A stretch of 62,994 nucleotides of DNA, counting the filler, from Sphacelaria rigidula (lineage: Eukaryota): assembly GCA_964200075.2 (NCBI GenBank). It is 4 parts of 4 records of this genome, joined end to end, with 100 filler letters (N's around TTAATTAATTAA, not from the genome) between each part and the next. Parts side by side here need not be neighbours in the genome. Positions count along the whole stretch, not along the records: positions 47,323 to 62,994 come from CAXNAA020001653.1; 3 more parts are not named here. The stretch is one strand, 5' to 3'. The notes beneath the pieces were generated by a model. The model did not search any database. It worked only from the letters and a program-made list of their open reading frames with translations, and was not told where the DNA came from. A program made the position numbers and the translations under genes. Below, in pieces: positions 49,151 through 62,994 of this stretch (position 1 is the first letter of the stretch; each line of letters opens with the position of its first letter).

Positions 49151-50122
49151 AATCAAGATGGCGCTAAAGGTGGAAATGGTATCTTCAGTGGTACTGTGGC
49201 CGCCAGATGGTCACATGTCGGGTAGAATAAACAATGAATACCACCCCCAAGTTCCAATTGGATCTGTTATTGCCGCAGCACCGTCCTTGATGGTATGTGT
49301 GTGACAGAGAACAGTAGCGGTGACGGAAACACTGCCCTGTTTTTCAACGACATGTTCTGCAGCGCACAGAGGCGCGTCCTCGAATACTGGAGCATTTCAG
49401 GGGGAATAACGGAAAATCAGAGGCCAATCATTGAAACGATGATCATACACTGCAATAACTATATCATATGAAGAAAATGTTACTCTTTTCCGGAATTTCG
49501 GATTTTTCAGTTTTATTGGTAGAAAAGAAGACAAGCAAGCCCGCCAAGGCATTATACCACTTCGACAACCAATTGTATGCTATTCACTCGTGCCAGTCAA
49601 TCAGCAAAGCCACCAACGTACAGCCGATTTCGTCGCGAAAAAAGTAGTTTCCCGCGAAAACCATACGATTGACAAAGAAACGAAATACGCATGATACCGA
49701 AAAATCAACCCGGTTGTCGTGAGTTGGTTGTCGACAACAGCCGGCCGGTTTGTGAGGTCGGGTATCCGTAAACGCCAAAAGAAACGTAATAGAGTCAATT
49801 CATAACCACTGGAGCTACTACGTAGTTCCGAGACGGATCGCCCAACAGATTTCTGAACCACGACAAATACACGGCAGAGAGAGGGCCAACGCAGTCGACT
49901 CCTCAGAGAATCTGTCCGTTCGGACTAAAACGGGACTGCGCACACAAACCAAAGTAAAAAACACAGCCGGTCGTACCGGCACGTTACTTCGTCCAGTAAT
50001 CCCTGATGAAAACAAAGCATCACCGACCAATCTCATGTGCGGGTAACCATACGCAAAAAACTAACTGGTGGAAGCAGTGACAAGAAAAATAGCGGCTGGC
50101 GGACTCTGAGCCTGTAGGCTGT

Positions 50123-50489
50123 ACCAATGAACAGTGGATTCTATAACATGAGGTTGATCACTGAAATGAGGTTTGAGGAGGCTACCCAATATGCGACAAA
50201 AACCCGAGGGAAGTACCGTCCGCACGTGCTTTCGATCAATTTCGGGTGGGTGGGGCGTACTCATTTGTTGCTTGCCTTAGTCGTTTGACCATTGACCACG
50301 CCCCGTCTCGAAAGGTCAATAGTCAAACGACTAAGGTAAGCAACAGATGAGTACGCCCCCATCCCCCCCGAAAATGATCGAAGGCACGTGCGGACGGTAC
50401 TTCCCTCGGGTTTTTGTCACATACTGGCTAGCCTCCTCAAACCTCATTTAATTGATCAACCTCATTTCATAGAATCCCCTGTTAATGGT
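50123..50489. mobile_element. ~370-bp foldback element
   Basis: Arms GAGGTTGATCA...GAGGTTTGAGGAGGCTA...AAAACCCGAGGGAAGTACCGTCCGCACGTGC...GGGGCGTACTCAT...GCTT.CCTTAGTCGTTTGAC pair with the mirror sequence. Confidence 0.85.
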
Positions 50490-51462
50490 CGAATATCGAC
50501 ATGGCGGAACGGTTACTTCCGGAAAAGCAATCTATCCTATCATGATACGTAGTGGTCCTATATAAGGGGACGTTTGCAATGAAATATACCACGACTTCAA
50601 TGACAATTCCTCAACAGCGTAACGTACGACGCAGCCAGTGGTGACCACGTACTATATCATCAATGGCCAAAACTTAAACCATCCACTTGCGGTGCATTCA
50701 TTCCACGTGACCCTTCCTATAGACGAGGTCGGTTGTAGGTGTGCAGTACTCGCAGACAAACAGTCTAAGTGTTCTGGGCTCGAGGGTCAGGAACGGTGGA
50801 GCACTCGTTGCGAAATTCTCAAGATATAACCGCACAAACAAAAATATCAAGATAAATATGTATGCTTGGCAACAAAAATAGAATAAAAGCGGAAGGAAGC
50901 AGAAAAATAACACGTGGCGACCGTCTCCGTAAACGGAAGCGGTGGTCGCGTGTACGAAGCAAGTACGGTCAAGTGTTTCAGCCGAGAAGGCCAAAACGGT
51001 TTTGGGATGGTGACTTCGGTTACTATCGTCTGTGTAAACGTAAAACCCAACGTGAAACGCACAAAAAGAAGGCACGTTACGACCGATCCCGATGACGGAA
51101 GCGGTATTTCGTGCACGGAGCGATTGGGCAAAAGCGCAAGTATTCCAGACTGGGTGTTCAGGTATGTCTAGCGGGTGCTCCGGAAACTCTCGACCGATAA
51201 ACAAACAAAAACAAGCACGAAAGATACAAAAAACAACGAAAGGAAGGAAAATTTCGTTCAAAACGTTCCAGTATACCGGATGATCATGATGCACGACGCG
51301 GAGGACGAATGTTCCAGTGTTCCAGACTCGTGGTGAGGAATGTTTATGGAACGGTCGTCATGAAATACTCCGAAATATGAACCCAGAAATGGCAATCAAC
51401 AAACACAAAGTAAAAGACCAAAACACCCAACGAAACAAATAGAAAGCAAAGCAAAACAAAAC

Positions 51463-51515
51463 AGAACACGAACAAGAACAAGAACAAGAACAAGAACAAG
51501 AGCAAGAACAAGAAC
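51463..51515. repeat. (GAACAA)n hexamer microsatellite
   Basis: Seen directly. Confidence 0.9.
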
Positions 51516-51599
51516 ACAAAAGAAAAAATCCAAAGCCAAACAAAAATACAACGGGCAAGATACAGACACCAAACAAAATCGGACAAGACTATTGCAACG

Positions 51600-54500
51600 G
51601 GGGAGCGTATGATACCCTTTCAATATGTTTGACACATCACCGCTATATTTCCACCGCGGCCGTGGACCAGGTGATGGCTTGAAATCCTATCTACCGCAAC
51701 ACGTTTCAAGGGTGCGTCTGCATCCTCGACCGTCATATGATACGGCGGAGTTTTGATCGCATACTTGGTCAACACATACTGGTTAAGCCCAGCGGCAGTT
51801 GTTTGGGCATGTCCGAGGAGCCATGAGGGGGGATACACGGTTTGCATCGTAGCATCGAGACGAGATTTTTCGGTGTCAAACCAGGTTCATCCGTGGGAAA
51901 ATTTAAATAAAAAACTTCGCTCCCACCGGACTTTTGTCGGGTGCAGTAGCGCTCGGACCAACAGCCAAAATTTCCCGGGGGCCAGTCCAATTCAAGGAAA
52001 GTTTCGCTTTCAACACTTTGTCCAAAGAGGATGATTTTAAGCTAGCCCCTTAATTGATGGTCTTCACATCGTTATATGCCCATGCCCGTTGGCCTACCTT
52101 CCACACCGGGCGGTTATGTACCACTCATCCAACACCGAGTTCGGCCTGGACACCTTGGCCAAATTTACTTGGTTCTGTTCTCGCACCACTTCATATGCAA
52201 GCCGAAGACGACTGCTACCCCATGACTGATGCTCCACAACACCACGATCCAGTCTCTGATGTCAGAATACATGTTTGCTTTCGAACACCATCAGAGGTGA
52301 CCTAGGCATGCGACCAATATGAATTTCATTCGGTGCCAATCCCGTAGCGGCATTGATTAAGTTGTTGTAGTTCATTTGGACAAGGAGTAGATGCAGATCC
52401 CACCCACTCCATCTGTCTCTCATTCGCCACAGCAGCAAGCATCTGTGCCATCGTATGATTCACTCGTTCCGTTCCACCATTGGTGGAAGGGTGATATGAA
52501 CTAGTAAAAAATTACGATGGGCACCCAAAAGGTTATTGACGGTGGCTGAAAGTTTGCCTGAAAAATGCGGGCCGTTGTCGGACAGTAAGCGTTTGGGCAC
52601 ACCCCACCGTGGGATGTACATGTATACAAGAATGTTGGCGGTACCTTCCGCGTTATAGCTACTGGCAGGGACAGCGTGCATCACCACATGTCGACTAAAT
52701 CTACCCGTCAACAACAAAATATACTTATTACCACTATCCGTCAGGGGCAAAGGACCAAAATGACGAAACTACTTCACCAGGCCCGTTTGGGAGTGGCATG
52801 GAAACAATTGGCCAACGAACTGTTTGACGGGAAGGTTTCCGCGCCTGACACAGAAGGCAACGCCTCACCCAACAACGAACACCCTGATCCATACAAAACC
52901 ACCAATATAAACGTCCCAACATCTGGGAGGTCCTAATTGCGCCCAAATGAGTCGATGCCTGTGAATGGCATTCGTGTAGAACCCATGGTCGCAGAAGCAT
53001 CGGGACATAGATGCGGATGGGTTCATCACCTCGCAAGCGGGCGTGTCGACCTGTAGGGTTCTCCTTGGGGAGGACTGCTGTGGGCCGGCGAACCAACATA
53101 ACTTTTCTATCATCATCCGTGTGCAGCATGCCTTTCCGCGCAAGTTCAGTTACTTCATCCTGAGTGGGGGCTTTGAGGTTCCCGACGGGCAAAAGGAATT
53201 TGGTTTCTGAGAATGGTCATGAGCAACCTTTGGATAGATAATGGATAGCTGATTTACAAGCCGGTTCTACCTGTTGTTCCCGGGCCCAATCGGCGTGGGA
53301 GAAGAGAGTCAAACGTTCCTTGAATACGCCATCTGTTGAAGCGTCTACTTCGCGTTGGGTCGGATCGGGGCGGGATTGACACGAAGCGATGATGTCAAAA
53401 TCAAGGGTGAGTTCCCAGGTGGTGTATGCTCAGACGGAACATTAACGTCTACTCTTGCGTCGATTAGCGTGGTGGGTGTTGTGGTGGTGTTAGTAATGTC
53501 GTCACCAAGGTAGGGGGGTACAGCCGTGGTTTCGGCTATGGTTGGCAGGGACGGCACGGTCGGGGTCGATGTCCTGGGGGCCTTGTGTCGTGATGGTTGA
53601 GGAGGCGCAAGGAAACTATCGGCGACCGGGGTGGGGGCAGGGAGGGGAAAGTCAGGACCAGATACGGCTAATTTGGTGGCCGTTTCGGCGGTCCGCCGTC
53701 CACGAGTCCTACTCGAAATCAAATTTCGAACTTGAACTGGTAAGACGGAGTCACTAAAGGACGGTTCTACACCTGCTACGAGAACCATGCGCTGGCCAGT
53801 TGAACGAAAATGATCATAGCCAACGGTATTCGTAGACAGTTCATTCCAATTTGAGTACAACGATTGAGGTTGCAAGCTGCCCTGAGCTGATGCGTGGGCT
53901 GTGGTCGTCAGCCCACCCATGCCTGAAGCCGACGTTTTTCTCAGTGAAAGTGGTGTGTAGAGATCTCTATGTCCATTCCTGCTGATAAAATATAGAATGT
54001 TTTCGGTGGGACCGGTGATACGTCCCATGGGGGATTCATCGATAGGTTGAGCTGGTGTGGGCAAGCGTGACAGGAAGTCGGCGTTTGCATTTTGCGGGCA
54101 TTCTGCGGGCCTGTGCGATATTTCAACTAGAAGTTGTAAAACGATAGGATTTCGCACCAGCGTTGTACCCTAGCATTGTACTCCGCCATTTTTGGCGAGG
54201 CCTTTCAAAGACATATGATCCGTATAAATCACAAACGGGATGTCAAACAAATACTGATGCAAACGTCGCACGCCCCAAACAACTGCGCTGGCCTCTTGTT
54301 CCATGATAGACCAATTCTGTTCATTTGGAAAAGTGGTACGACTTAGGTATACAATGGGACGAACAGTCGTATGGTCTTGCTCCTGTTCTAAGATGCAGCC
54401 AAACCCAATTTTGGAAGAATCTGTGTGGAGGCGGAAAGGGCGGGAACCATGTTCCGCCGCCGACCAGTCGGGTGAAACTAGAATCGGCGGGCGCGCAAGG

Positions 54501-57500
54501 GTGTCAAGAAGGCGGCGGACGTCTTTTTCCCATTTCCGATGTCAACACAAATTTCACCCCTGTTGTGAGGAGGGTGGTGAGGGATTTGAGCGTTTGGGTA
54601 AGGTTTGGCAAGTACTGTCTGTAGTAGCTTAAACTTCCCAACAAGGAACGCAGTTGAGAAATGTCCTGTGGCATGGGCATATCGGAGATTGCGGCGACCT
54701 TGTTGAGGTTCGGGCTACGACCTTCGGGGGCGATGCAATGATCCAGCACTCAGTCGTCGTGGCGCCAATGCGGGATTTAGGGGGGGGGCAAGTTTCAAGT
54801 TGTGTTGTTCAAACCGACCGAAGAATGATGCCAATTGTTCGACGTGATCGGCCGGTGTGCAATCGTGGCCCACCGCATCATCAAGGTACATATGGCATTT
54901 TTGCAATCCATCAGTCACACGGAACATCACACGTTGAAACGCACCTGGGGCTCCGGCGGCACCTTGTGGTGTAACCAGCCACTCGTACAAACCTGATGGC
55001 GTGCAAAACACCGTCAGTTCAATGGATTTCGGATTAATCACGAATTGATGGTAGCCGGACTGCATGTCAAACTTCGAAAATACCTTACCCCCCGCCAAGA
55101 GAGTCAATAATTTCGTCAATCCGTGGAAGAGGCAACCGGGCGATTTTGGTGACAGCGTTCAATCGTTGATAATTAACCGTCAGTCTGACCTTGTCATTCC
55201 TCTTGCGGGCGACTACTAAAGGCGAGGCCCACGGAGACGCCGAGTGCCGAATGTATCCGGCAGATAAGTAAGTGTCGATAGCTACTTGGATCTTATCCGC
55301 TAAGAGGGGGTTCGTGCGTTACGGACACATAGCGATAGGCGGAGTGCCATCAGGGAGTTCGATTTTGAACCGTGTCGTGGTGCATCGACCTAAATCCAAG
55401 GGTGCAGTAGAAAACCGTCCAGCATATCTAATCAAGATGGATCCCAGTCTTTCGATTACATTGGATGTCCAATCATCGCCGGACGGATCAAAAACACTAT
55501 GCCGCAAATTAGGGGGGATGTCATCCCACAACTTTTTAAAACTGGCGCGTTGTTCTGGGGAAAATCTGTTCAATAATGTTGGGGGTTCACGGTCAGGCGC
55601 AGCTGGTGGATTTATCACCGCCATAGGGTCAGGCATGTGTAGCGGAGGGGGGCCCATGATTTTCGGGGGGTCGGCTGACAAGTTGGTTTCCGCAGGGGGG
55701 CACACATTTGACAGGGCAGTCCGCAGGAGAGGCGCTTGAGCATAACCCAACAACTGTTCGTTGAGTACATCAAAACATGCAAGGGACGAGAGATCAATCG
55801 CCTGCCGGCCTTCATGAAAAAATACTTCGGTCTGTTCCAACGGACCAACCTGTGATTGGTCGGGTTTGAGCAATTCGACCTAATAATGTGCTATGAGGGC
55901 GGGCGATCCATTGCGTCTCACGAGGTTCACATGGACAAGTTGGGGTTTACGAGAAAGCGAGAGTAAAGGCTCACCAACATGGTACAGACGGGAAGCATTG
56001 CCTGTTCGCGTGGGGTCATCCTTGTAGGCGTGAGCCCCCGAATCGGTGTCGAAGTGACCCAGTGAAAGTTTGCCTGTGACTGGACGGTTCGGGACAGGTG
56101 TATCCGACGCATGCGTGTGTGTGGAAAAATAAAGCCAGCCATCTCAACCCAACAAAATATCAAAAGACATTGAACCATTGGGCACAATTAGTGCCCATAC
56201 GGATAACCGAGCAGTTGGAGTAGTGTCCTGAAATAACTGTACACTGAGTCATACCGATTGATTAACCGTAAGAGATGTGGAGGAACCAAAGCCGCCAAAA
56301 CACGAGGGTGTACGATGAAAAGACAGTGCTCGTCCGCCGCACCCGCGTTGATCATCTGTTGTCAGCAGCTGGTTGTGACTAATGTTTGAGGCGAACCTAA
56401 ATCTGGCAGTGCAAGAGCTATCAAATGACAGTTTGCACGTGAAAGAGGCATCATCCAAAGTTGCAGTACCACTGACGAGATCGGGCCCGGATTCGGGTAA
56501 GACATCTGACACATGCTGCTTTGCGTTTTGAACGTAGGTGCTAAAATACACACGTTGATGATCCTGCGGGATAAGCTTTTGGTCGGAATGATGGTGCGGG
56601 CATGGAGTGTCAGTGTTTGTGCCTGGAATAGTTTCTCATCAATCGAGGGTTGAATCTCATATACTGCAACGGAGGGACAATGCCGGGGAAAGGCCGTTGT
56701 CGTGGTTGGACCCGACAACTGTTTTGTGAGTGGTGTTTCACCCTTATTGGCCATCAGAGGGGGCGGATCGTCATTGTGCACAGCGGAATCAATTACATTA
56801 TCCAGCTCGGTCCGAACGGGGGACGATTTATCGGGGCGCGGTGTTGAACTTGATACGCCAACCACCTCAATACCGTCAATGGTTAGGGCCAACTTGGGCG
56901 GTTCTGGAGACGATTCGTCAGGGCTCGGGGGTTGATACAGCTGTACTGTTCAACCCGGCGTCTATAAAAGGGGCCAACATGGGCGCGTTAGGAGACGCGT
57001 CGTCTTGCGTAACACTTTGTCTACCTGGTGATGAACACACGATTGGGTGTCTTCATGACTAGGATGCGAACGCCCATGATTCAGCGAAGTCTCTGTCCCT
57101 ACAGATGGCGACCCTTCATCGCAGATTGGTTATAAAGTAGTGCACGAGGGGTGGACAGGGAGCAGTAACGGTCTGTTCGAAACCTGGGGAGTACCGGCCT
57201 GTTCCACTCTAAGGTTTTCATCTGGTTAAGCCGACCCACAATCTCTTTCTTTGAGTTTACGTGCGCCTGCTACTTCAGGGTTATCTACATGATCATCAGG
57301 AGGAGCCCGCCTAGGGTGACGCGTATAGCGCACGAAAGGGTCGGCTGCACCAGGGGCTATTGAAATGAGTTTTCGGACAGTCGAACCTAGGTCACGCTGT
57401 TGGCGCACCGCCTGAGTCACTGTCACTTAGGGTTCCGTTCCAACCCGCTGAGCGACGGATAGAAAGGGTTCTTCGCGGTTGCGACCCTTCAAGAAACAAT

Positions 57501-59800
57501 TACGCTTATCAAATAAAGGGGAACCGGATACCGTAGTTTTTCGGAACTAAATAGGGTGGTTAGCCGGGCACTCAAGCAGCTGGGGGGTGCTTGAGTGAGT
57601 GGCTTTGGATTTGGTATCCTCCGATGGACAGTCGAAGGGGCAGCGTCAACCGCATCAGAAGATATTTCGGCTCCGGATGCGTGAGAAATGACACTAAATG
57701 ACTTCCTTTCCTCCGAAGAGAAGGGATTCGACTAAATATGATTAGTACCTGATGGATGTAAAACTGGGTGATCAATTCCAGGATTAAAACGTCAGGGTTG
57801 GTCACTGCTCAGTTGATAGTCATGCAACGGTGCACGGGCTTCGGCTGTCTTGGAACTCATCAAGACATTTTCAGCATACCCAGGGAACCCACACCGTATG
57901 GTTGAACCCGCGGTGGCCGCCGCCGATTCACGTGTGTGATGATATATGTGACCTGGCCGAGTGAAAGAAAATTGTTGGGTACTTCTGCGGTGAGTTACCG
58001 GCGAGCGTTGACTCCTGATTGTGGGATTGTGCCCATGATTGAGGAATGAACGATCATCACAAGTAGAAAATATACGGGCAGGTGGTGGCGCCCAATTTGT
58101 GGGTGCAGTCACTAGTCCCGTGTTACCCCAGTGTCTGCTGCTCGGAAACGCCGGAGTGTGGAAAACGTTTCCAGAAAATGGACAAGTTGTACGATGAGTA
58201 TCTGGGCTAGGTGGGTGGGATTCTCCCTGGTAGGGTTCACCCGTTGTGCTAGGTGCAATCATTAGTGGGCGTCGTCCATCTTGTGATTGTGCCTGGTCAT
58301 GCGGTTGAGAGGTAGCCGGGTCAGACTGTGTTGGACGTGGCGCAGCGTCAGCGGGCCGAGTCTAGTAGTACGGTTGTTGGTATTGCGAGTTGTGGTAGCG
58401 GTTATCGTTGCCGTGAAAACGATTTCCCCGTCTAGGGCGGGATTGCTGACCACGCGCGTCGCCGGATTGAGGGCGACGGTAAGAACGCATACATGCCTGC
58501 CAAGTTGGCCAGCATGATGCGTATTGAGGATCGTGAAACTTGTTGTTCAAGACGCCGAAAGCGTTGACGAACGGTGCTTCACAGGTATGCATTGAATGAA
58601 TAGGTACGCGGCCGTCGGCGGAATATCCTGTCTGTACATCGAACCATGTCCTGCAATCCACACACTTACCCTCACACTCGCGGATGAGCTTTTTTCGTAT
58701 GTGGGGTTCGACATCGCAGGCCCGAAGGCGGGGGTCATTGTTGTTCATCGACATACTTCCGTTGTAAACCTCCAGTCGAAATTCATTGGTGGAGGGCCAG
58801 CTGGGGAACCGACTAGCAAACGCGTCGGGCGCCTATACCTGTGCAGTTAGCATGACCTCCCCAGTGGACGTCATAGGTTCGGGTACCCATGCGGGTTGAC
58901 CCGATTTCCTGGTCGTCTGCGCTCGCGACGCAGAGGCCGCTGCAATGGTAATGGGTTCCTGACTACTGATCAGCGGACCGTGCCGACCAAGTCCCGTGGT
59001 TGTACCATCTTGTCTCATACCAGTTGACTCAATGAGCTGTGTACGACTTGTACGCAACCCATCTAGTCTACTCGACATCTCCTCGAGATCCGAAAACGGA
59101 ACGGTTGCAGTAGCTGCATCGCCCCCCAAAACACTGGGCATGAGACTGGGATACTGTCGACCCATTCTGGAACGAAAGAGTGACATTACCATCTCCTGGA
59201 TCGGCGCTAGTTTATGCCCGCCATCAACGGTGATCAAAATCAATGTACGGAAATCCTCAAGGTATTGACCGAACGGGGTTTGTACCGGGACCTTGAAACT
59301 GAGCAATCGTTTCATTGGACCCCCCCCTCGTAGCCAGTGTCGAGCGACGAGCTGAGTAGCCGCAGCAAAAGCGTGAACGCTTGGTTCTCGCTTGAGCCCT
59401 TGTTGAGGGCCCGCGACACTTGGTCGAAATGGGCACATTGACGTGAATTTCGACGATTGCAAAGAGGTAGGGTCGATGGCTTGCTCTATTGCCCGATGCA
59501 CTGGGCGAGTCCATCCGCGGACCCACTCACTGCTCTCAAGGCTCATAAAGTGCGGGTCACACACGGCGAGGATATCGCTCAAAACGTTCTTGAGCGATAA
59601 CCTCAGCTGGCTACAATGAAGGCTCGGGTTGGAACCTGCAATGAACGGTAACCGGGGTTTTACCTTCCCTACACCTTGTCCTGTTTGCTCTGTCGGAGAG
59701 GAAGAGCCTGTCTCTGACTATCGACGTCACGTCGACCACGCTCAAAATCTTCACGTCTAGTGCGCTCAGCTTGGCCTGATTGGCCTGGATGAGCATATGG
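51600..59800 (-). mobile_element. Degenerate Ty3/Gypsy retrotransposon: gag, protease remnant, RT, RNase H, integrase, chromodomain-like end
   Basis: RT: SASPWASP, FSKFDMQSGYHQ, FCTPSGLYEWLVTPQGAAGAPGAFQR, YLDD; RNase H end NANADFLSRLP; integrase H..H, YWW, CLLCQARK, GVPKRLLSDNGPHF; VDRISSHHLVHGRGG. Many frameshifts; LTRs not identified. Confidence 0.93.
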
Positions 59801-61955
59801 TCCCAGTAGTCGACTTGTTCAGTAGCCGTCCACTCTTCCCACCTATGAGGTGAGATGGCATCTGGGCGTGAGTGGTGAAAACTGTGTTTTCGCTTTGTCC
59901 CTAACGTTTCTCGGAGGGCGTGTTGCGTTGGAGCTAGATTTTACCTGGTCTGCTGCCGAGGGCGTAATGATATCTGCGTCAAGATCTACGAGGGGGGAAG
60001 TGGGGTCGAGTATAAATGCTGAATTTTCGTCACCGCCTGCAGCGGCTGACTGGTGAGGGGTGTCGCTGTTTTAGTGATCATAAGTGTGGGAGACCAAGGG
60101 AGATTAATTCCCGTATCCATGTCGACCGTTGCTTCTACGGAAGCATGGCCGTGGTAAAAAACGTCATCCACACCCACTTCCTGACCGTTGTTATCGACAC
60201 TACCAGACCTGGGAATACCGTCGTCCGAGGAAGTTGCACCTTCCGCGGTTGTACCTTGGACAGGTGTTGCCGGAGTGCGTTCGACATCAGATATGGTATA
60301 TTTACCTGGAAAAGTACGTGGTATAGGCAGGATGGAAATCAAGAGGTTGATCAAGAACCTGGGTGTTGTACATGCGTTCGGGAATGATGTCTGGAATTGA
60401 TGGCCATGTTGTGTGTTCGTGGGTATCGAGGAAATATAGAAACTCCTCTGTGGTTGTGAACCCCCCACGTCGGTTGTGGTCAAATCGGGCGTGTGTACAG
60501 GCAGAATTTCATCGTACTGAACCATGTGTGACATTGGTGTAACATTGGTGTAACACTGGCGTACAAGTCGGGCAGTTGGATGCCACGTTCCGTGTTTAAA
60601 AAAGAAGTTCGTTGTCTGTACAACGGGGCGAACTTGAAACAGCCCGTGTAAGTTCTGACTGCCAGTGGAGATCGGTAGTTGGACACCTGTCGGTCGACTC
60701 GGTGATTACAGAAACCGAAAAGAAATGAGCGGGGGCGCTGGAGCGAAGAACGTAATGAAGCGACGTGTCCAGAACGGGCATGCTGAAACAAAAAAAATCT
60801 GGGCGGCTTTGGTTTCAGACACGCGTTTGCGGATGAAACAGGGATCGGAAGTACAGATTGATTGTGCGTGACGACATGATTCTCTTTTCGCACCGTGTAC
60901 AACGGTACGAAAGAGAGCGCATTCCTCGCGGCATGTTGATGGGCACCGTGTACATTGCCTGTGGATGGGGGGTGGATTGTGTAGCAAGGGAGAGCTCGCG
61001 AATGTGTGCGCATCGCAAGCGCCTGATTGTTCGCGCGTCTCTGTCTGAGGATGTTGTAGGCACTGTAGAAAACATCGGGGGTCTGCGGTCAGACCAGATC
61101 GCGTCGGTCAAAGTTCAAAGGAAAGAAGACAGCTGTTACAAAAGCTGTCTAATTACCTGAGCGTGTGTGAACACCCCGATAAATCGTGCGTAAAATTTTC
61201 GAGTAAAAAAAAAACAGATCGAAGATTACACAATTTGGAAAAAAAAAGGCGGCTGGTGCGTGGGCAGGGTCGCCAGCAGGTTGCCTGAGAGAGAACCGTA
61301 CAGCGTAGGTAGAACGGGCTATTAGTGAAGCCCCAACTGCTACAGTATTGGCCGTAGCACTAGCAAGCGGCAACCCCTGTGCAGGGATATTAGCAAGCTG
61401 ATCCTGTGTTCAACTCGTAATACACGGCCGAAGGCTCTGTTCTCGGCACGCAAATGACTGTTGTTCGGGAGATTACACCCGATGCCACCCTTATGTGTAT
61501 AGTTGATGGGCAAAATATAAGGGAGAGGAAATAAGGTACACACGACTTGGGCTGATTCATGTTTCTTTTAGTCAAATCGCGGACTCGAGGACCCGGTAGA
61601 GGCGATGTTGAAAGCTCTTCTTGGATTGGGGGCTATGGACTCAAGTGAAACTGGAGGGGAAGAGCTGCAGGATCGCAGCTCAACCTTTACCCTGCCTCGC
61701 GTACAACATTGTCATATTACAAAATCACCCAGGCGTGTGCCTCCCGCCAATCAAGCGCTGGGAAGAGTGTGCCCTACACGACTAATCCGGTACAGGCTCA
61801 TGCCCGAATATTAACTTGTCAAAACGCCAAATCAACCATGCAATAGTCCACTTTCTACTTTACACAAGCACATTTTCGACTAGGATCCTCGTCTCTCACA
61901 CGTCGGTCGTATGTGAAAACGATCGTTTACCCTGCGGTGCTAGTTCAATTCTCGC

Positions 61956-62994
61956 ATGCGGTCATATACCGTCACAACAACCGGCGGCAAGCATGACACT
62001 GTGCGGGCGGCAGCAGACTTTCGTAGAGTATTTCCTATGCCACAAAGCGGTGGGATGTCCGTGAAGGATCGTGCGATGGTGGTCAGTTCAGCAATGGAAA
62101 CGTTTTTCGCAGAAAACCTGACGGTGCAAGCCATGTACCGTGCGAACGACAGGAGTTGGTTGCCAGGCCCGGCCGAGTTGGTTTCCACAGCTTTGGTGGG
62201 CGGGATTCCGCCTCCGCAATTCAAGGCGTATGTTAGAAGTGTACTAGCGTATGTTGACGGCTGGAAAAAGAACCCGACGATGGTTTTCAAGAATATATTT
62301 GATACCGAAGACCAGTGGGTATCTATTGAGGCACATAACAGGCGCGATTCTGTGACAATTGTAGGTAATGCTTGCCGCAAACAGTAACAGCGACAGAAAC
62401 AGCAGCCATCTTCGCGAGCGTCGTCCACTTGCGCGTGTTACAACTGTGGCGACACCGGACATCTGATCAAGGATTGCCCCACGCCTCGCGCTCAAGGCGC
62501 TGCACAGGGCAATGCACGAGATTCATCAGGATCTCGGGGCGGTCGTCACGGTGGACGGGGCCGTGCCAACCAGGGACGCGGGCGCGGCGGCCGCGGTAGC
62601 AAGCAATCGGCGGCGGATGGTGGTGACTCCGCTGCTGTTCCTTCCACTACGTCATCAGGTAGTGACTCTGGGTCTTATGGGGTTCGTCCGTAGCGGGGCG
62701 GACGGTGTACGTGGGAAGTACAAATACTTCGGTGGGGAGTGCCGGAGCGGATAGTTCGCAACCCCTCGGCCAGGCAGGATCGTCTGGTGCATTTTCTACT
62801 GCTGCGACGGCTGTCACAGCGCCGTCGGCATATTCGGCGACTTGGTCTCGCTGGACCGAAGATTCGCAGCTATCGATGTCAAGTGCTGGAGGGCAGCCCT
62901 GGCGTCAGGTGACTCTTGGTACTCATTTCTACGCCCACTGAGCGGCTGGCAAAACATCAACCCATTCAGACACCGGCTGTCGCTACTCCGACAA
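61956..62994 (+). pseudogene. Retrotransposon gag-like remnant with a CCHC zinc knuckle
   Basis: ORF 61956-62387 continues in frame past one TAA (in a Gln-rich run) to CYNCGDTGHLIKDC (62436-62477), then an RG-rich segment. Confidence 0.7.

Noticed and set aside
51344..51635. Hydrophobic or Cys-Ser repeat ORFs
   Set aside because: Translations of the (GAACAA)n microsatellite and an A-rich tract.
49380..61800. LTR pair for the large Gypsy element
   Set aside because: I could not find matching direct repeats, a PBS or a TSD by eye; a self dot plot would be needed.

Overview
Eukaryotic, intron-rich, TE-rich DNA, most likely from a brown alga (Phaeophyceae, Ectocarpus-like); this is inferred from an EsV-1-7 repeat gene, the exon/intron style and the repeat families. 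The window is four contigs of 15675, 15674, 15673 and 15672 bp joined by 100-bp N44-TTAATTAATTAA-N44 spacers. They look size-sorted, so adjacency across gaps probably means nothing. Contig 1 holds the 5' parts of a head-to-head gene pair: REV3 (DNA polymerase zeta catalytic subunit, minus strand, 8 exons reconstructed by hand) and NOC3 (plus strand, 4 exons, one probable GC donor). Contig 2 holds a decayed chromodomain-type Ty3/Gypsy pol interrupted by two TA-flanked non-autonomous elements, an intact intronless EsV-1-7 repeat gene, foldback MITEs, a 4.6-kb nested Stowaway/mariner-like element and a tRNA-derived SINE. Contig 3 holds a probable multi-exon hypothetical gene (minus) whose putative introns carry an hAT-like element (8-bp TSD, ~41-bp repeat array, 156-bp near-perfect hairpin). 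Contig 4 is mostly decayed LTR retrotransposons. Best leads: an exact ubiquitin C-terminal LRLRGG motif inside the REV3 linker (candidate DUB processing site), the EsV-1-7 protein with an NLS and SUMO motifs, and the hairpin carried by the hAT-like element. No prokaryotic system or CRISPR array is supported.
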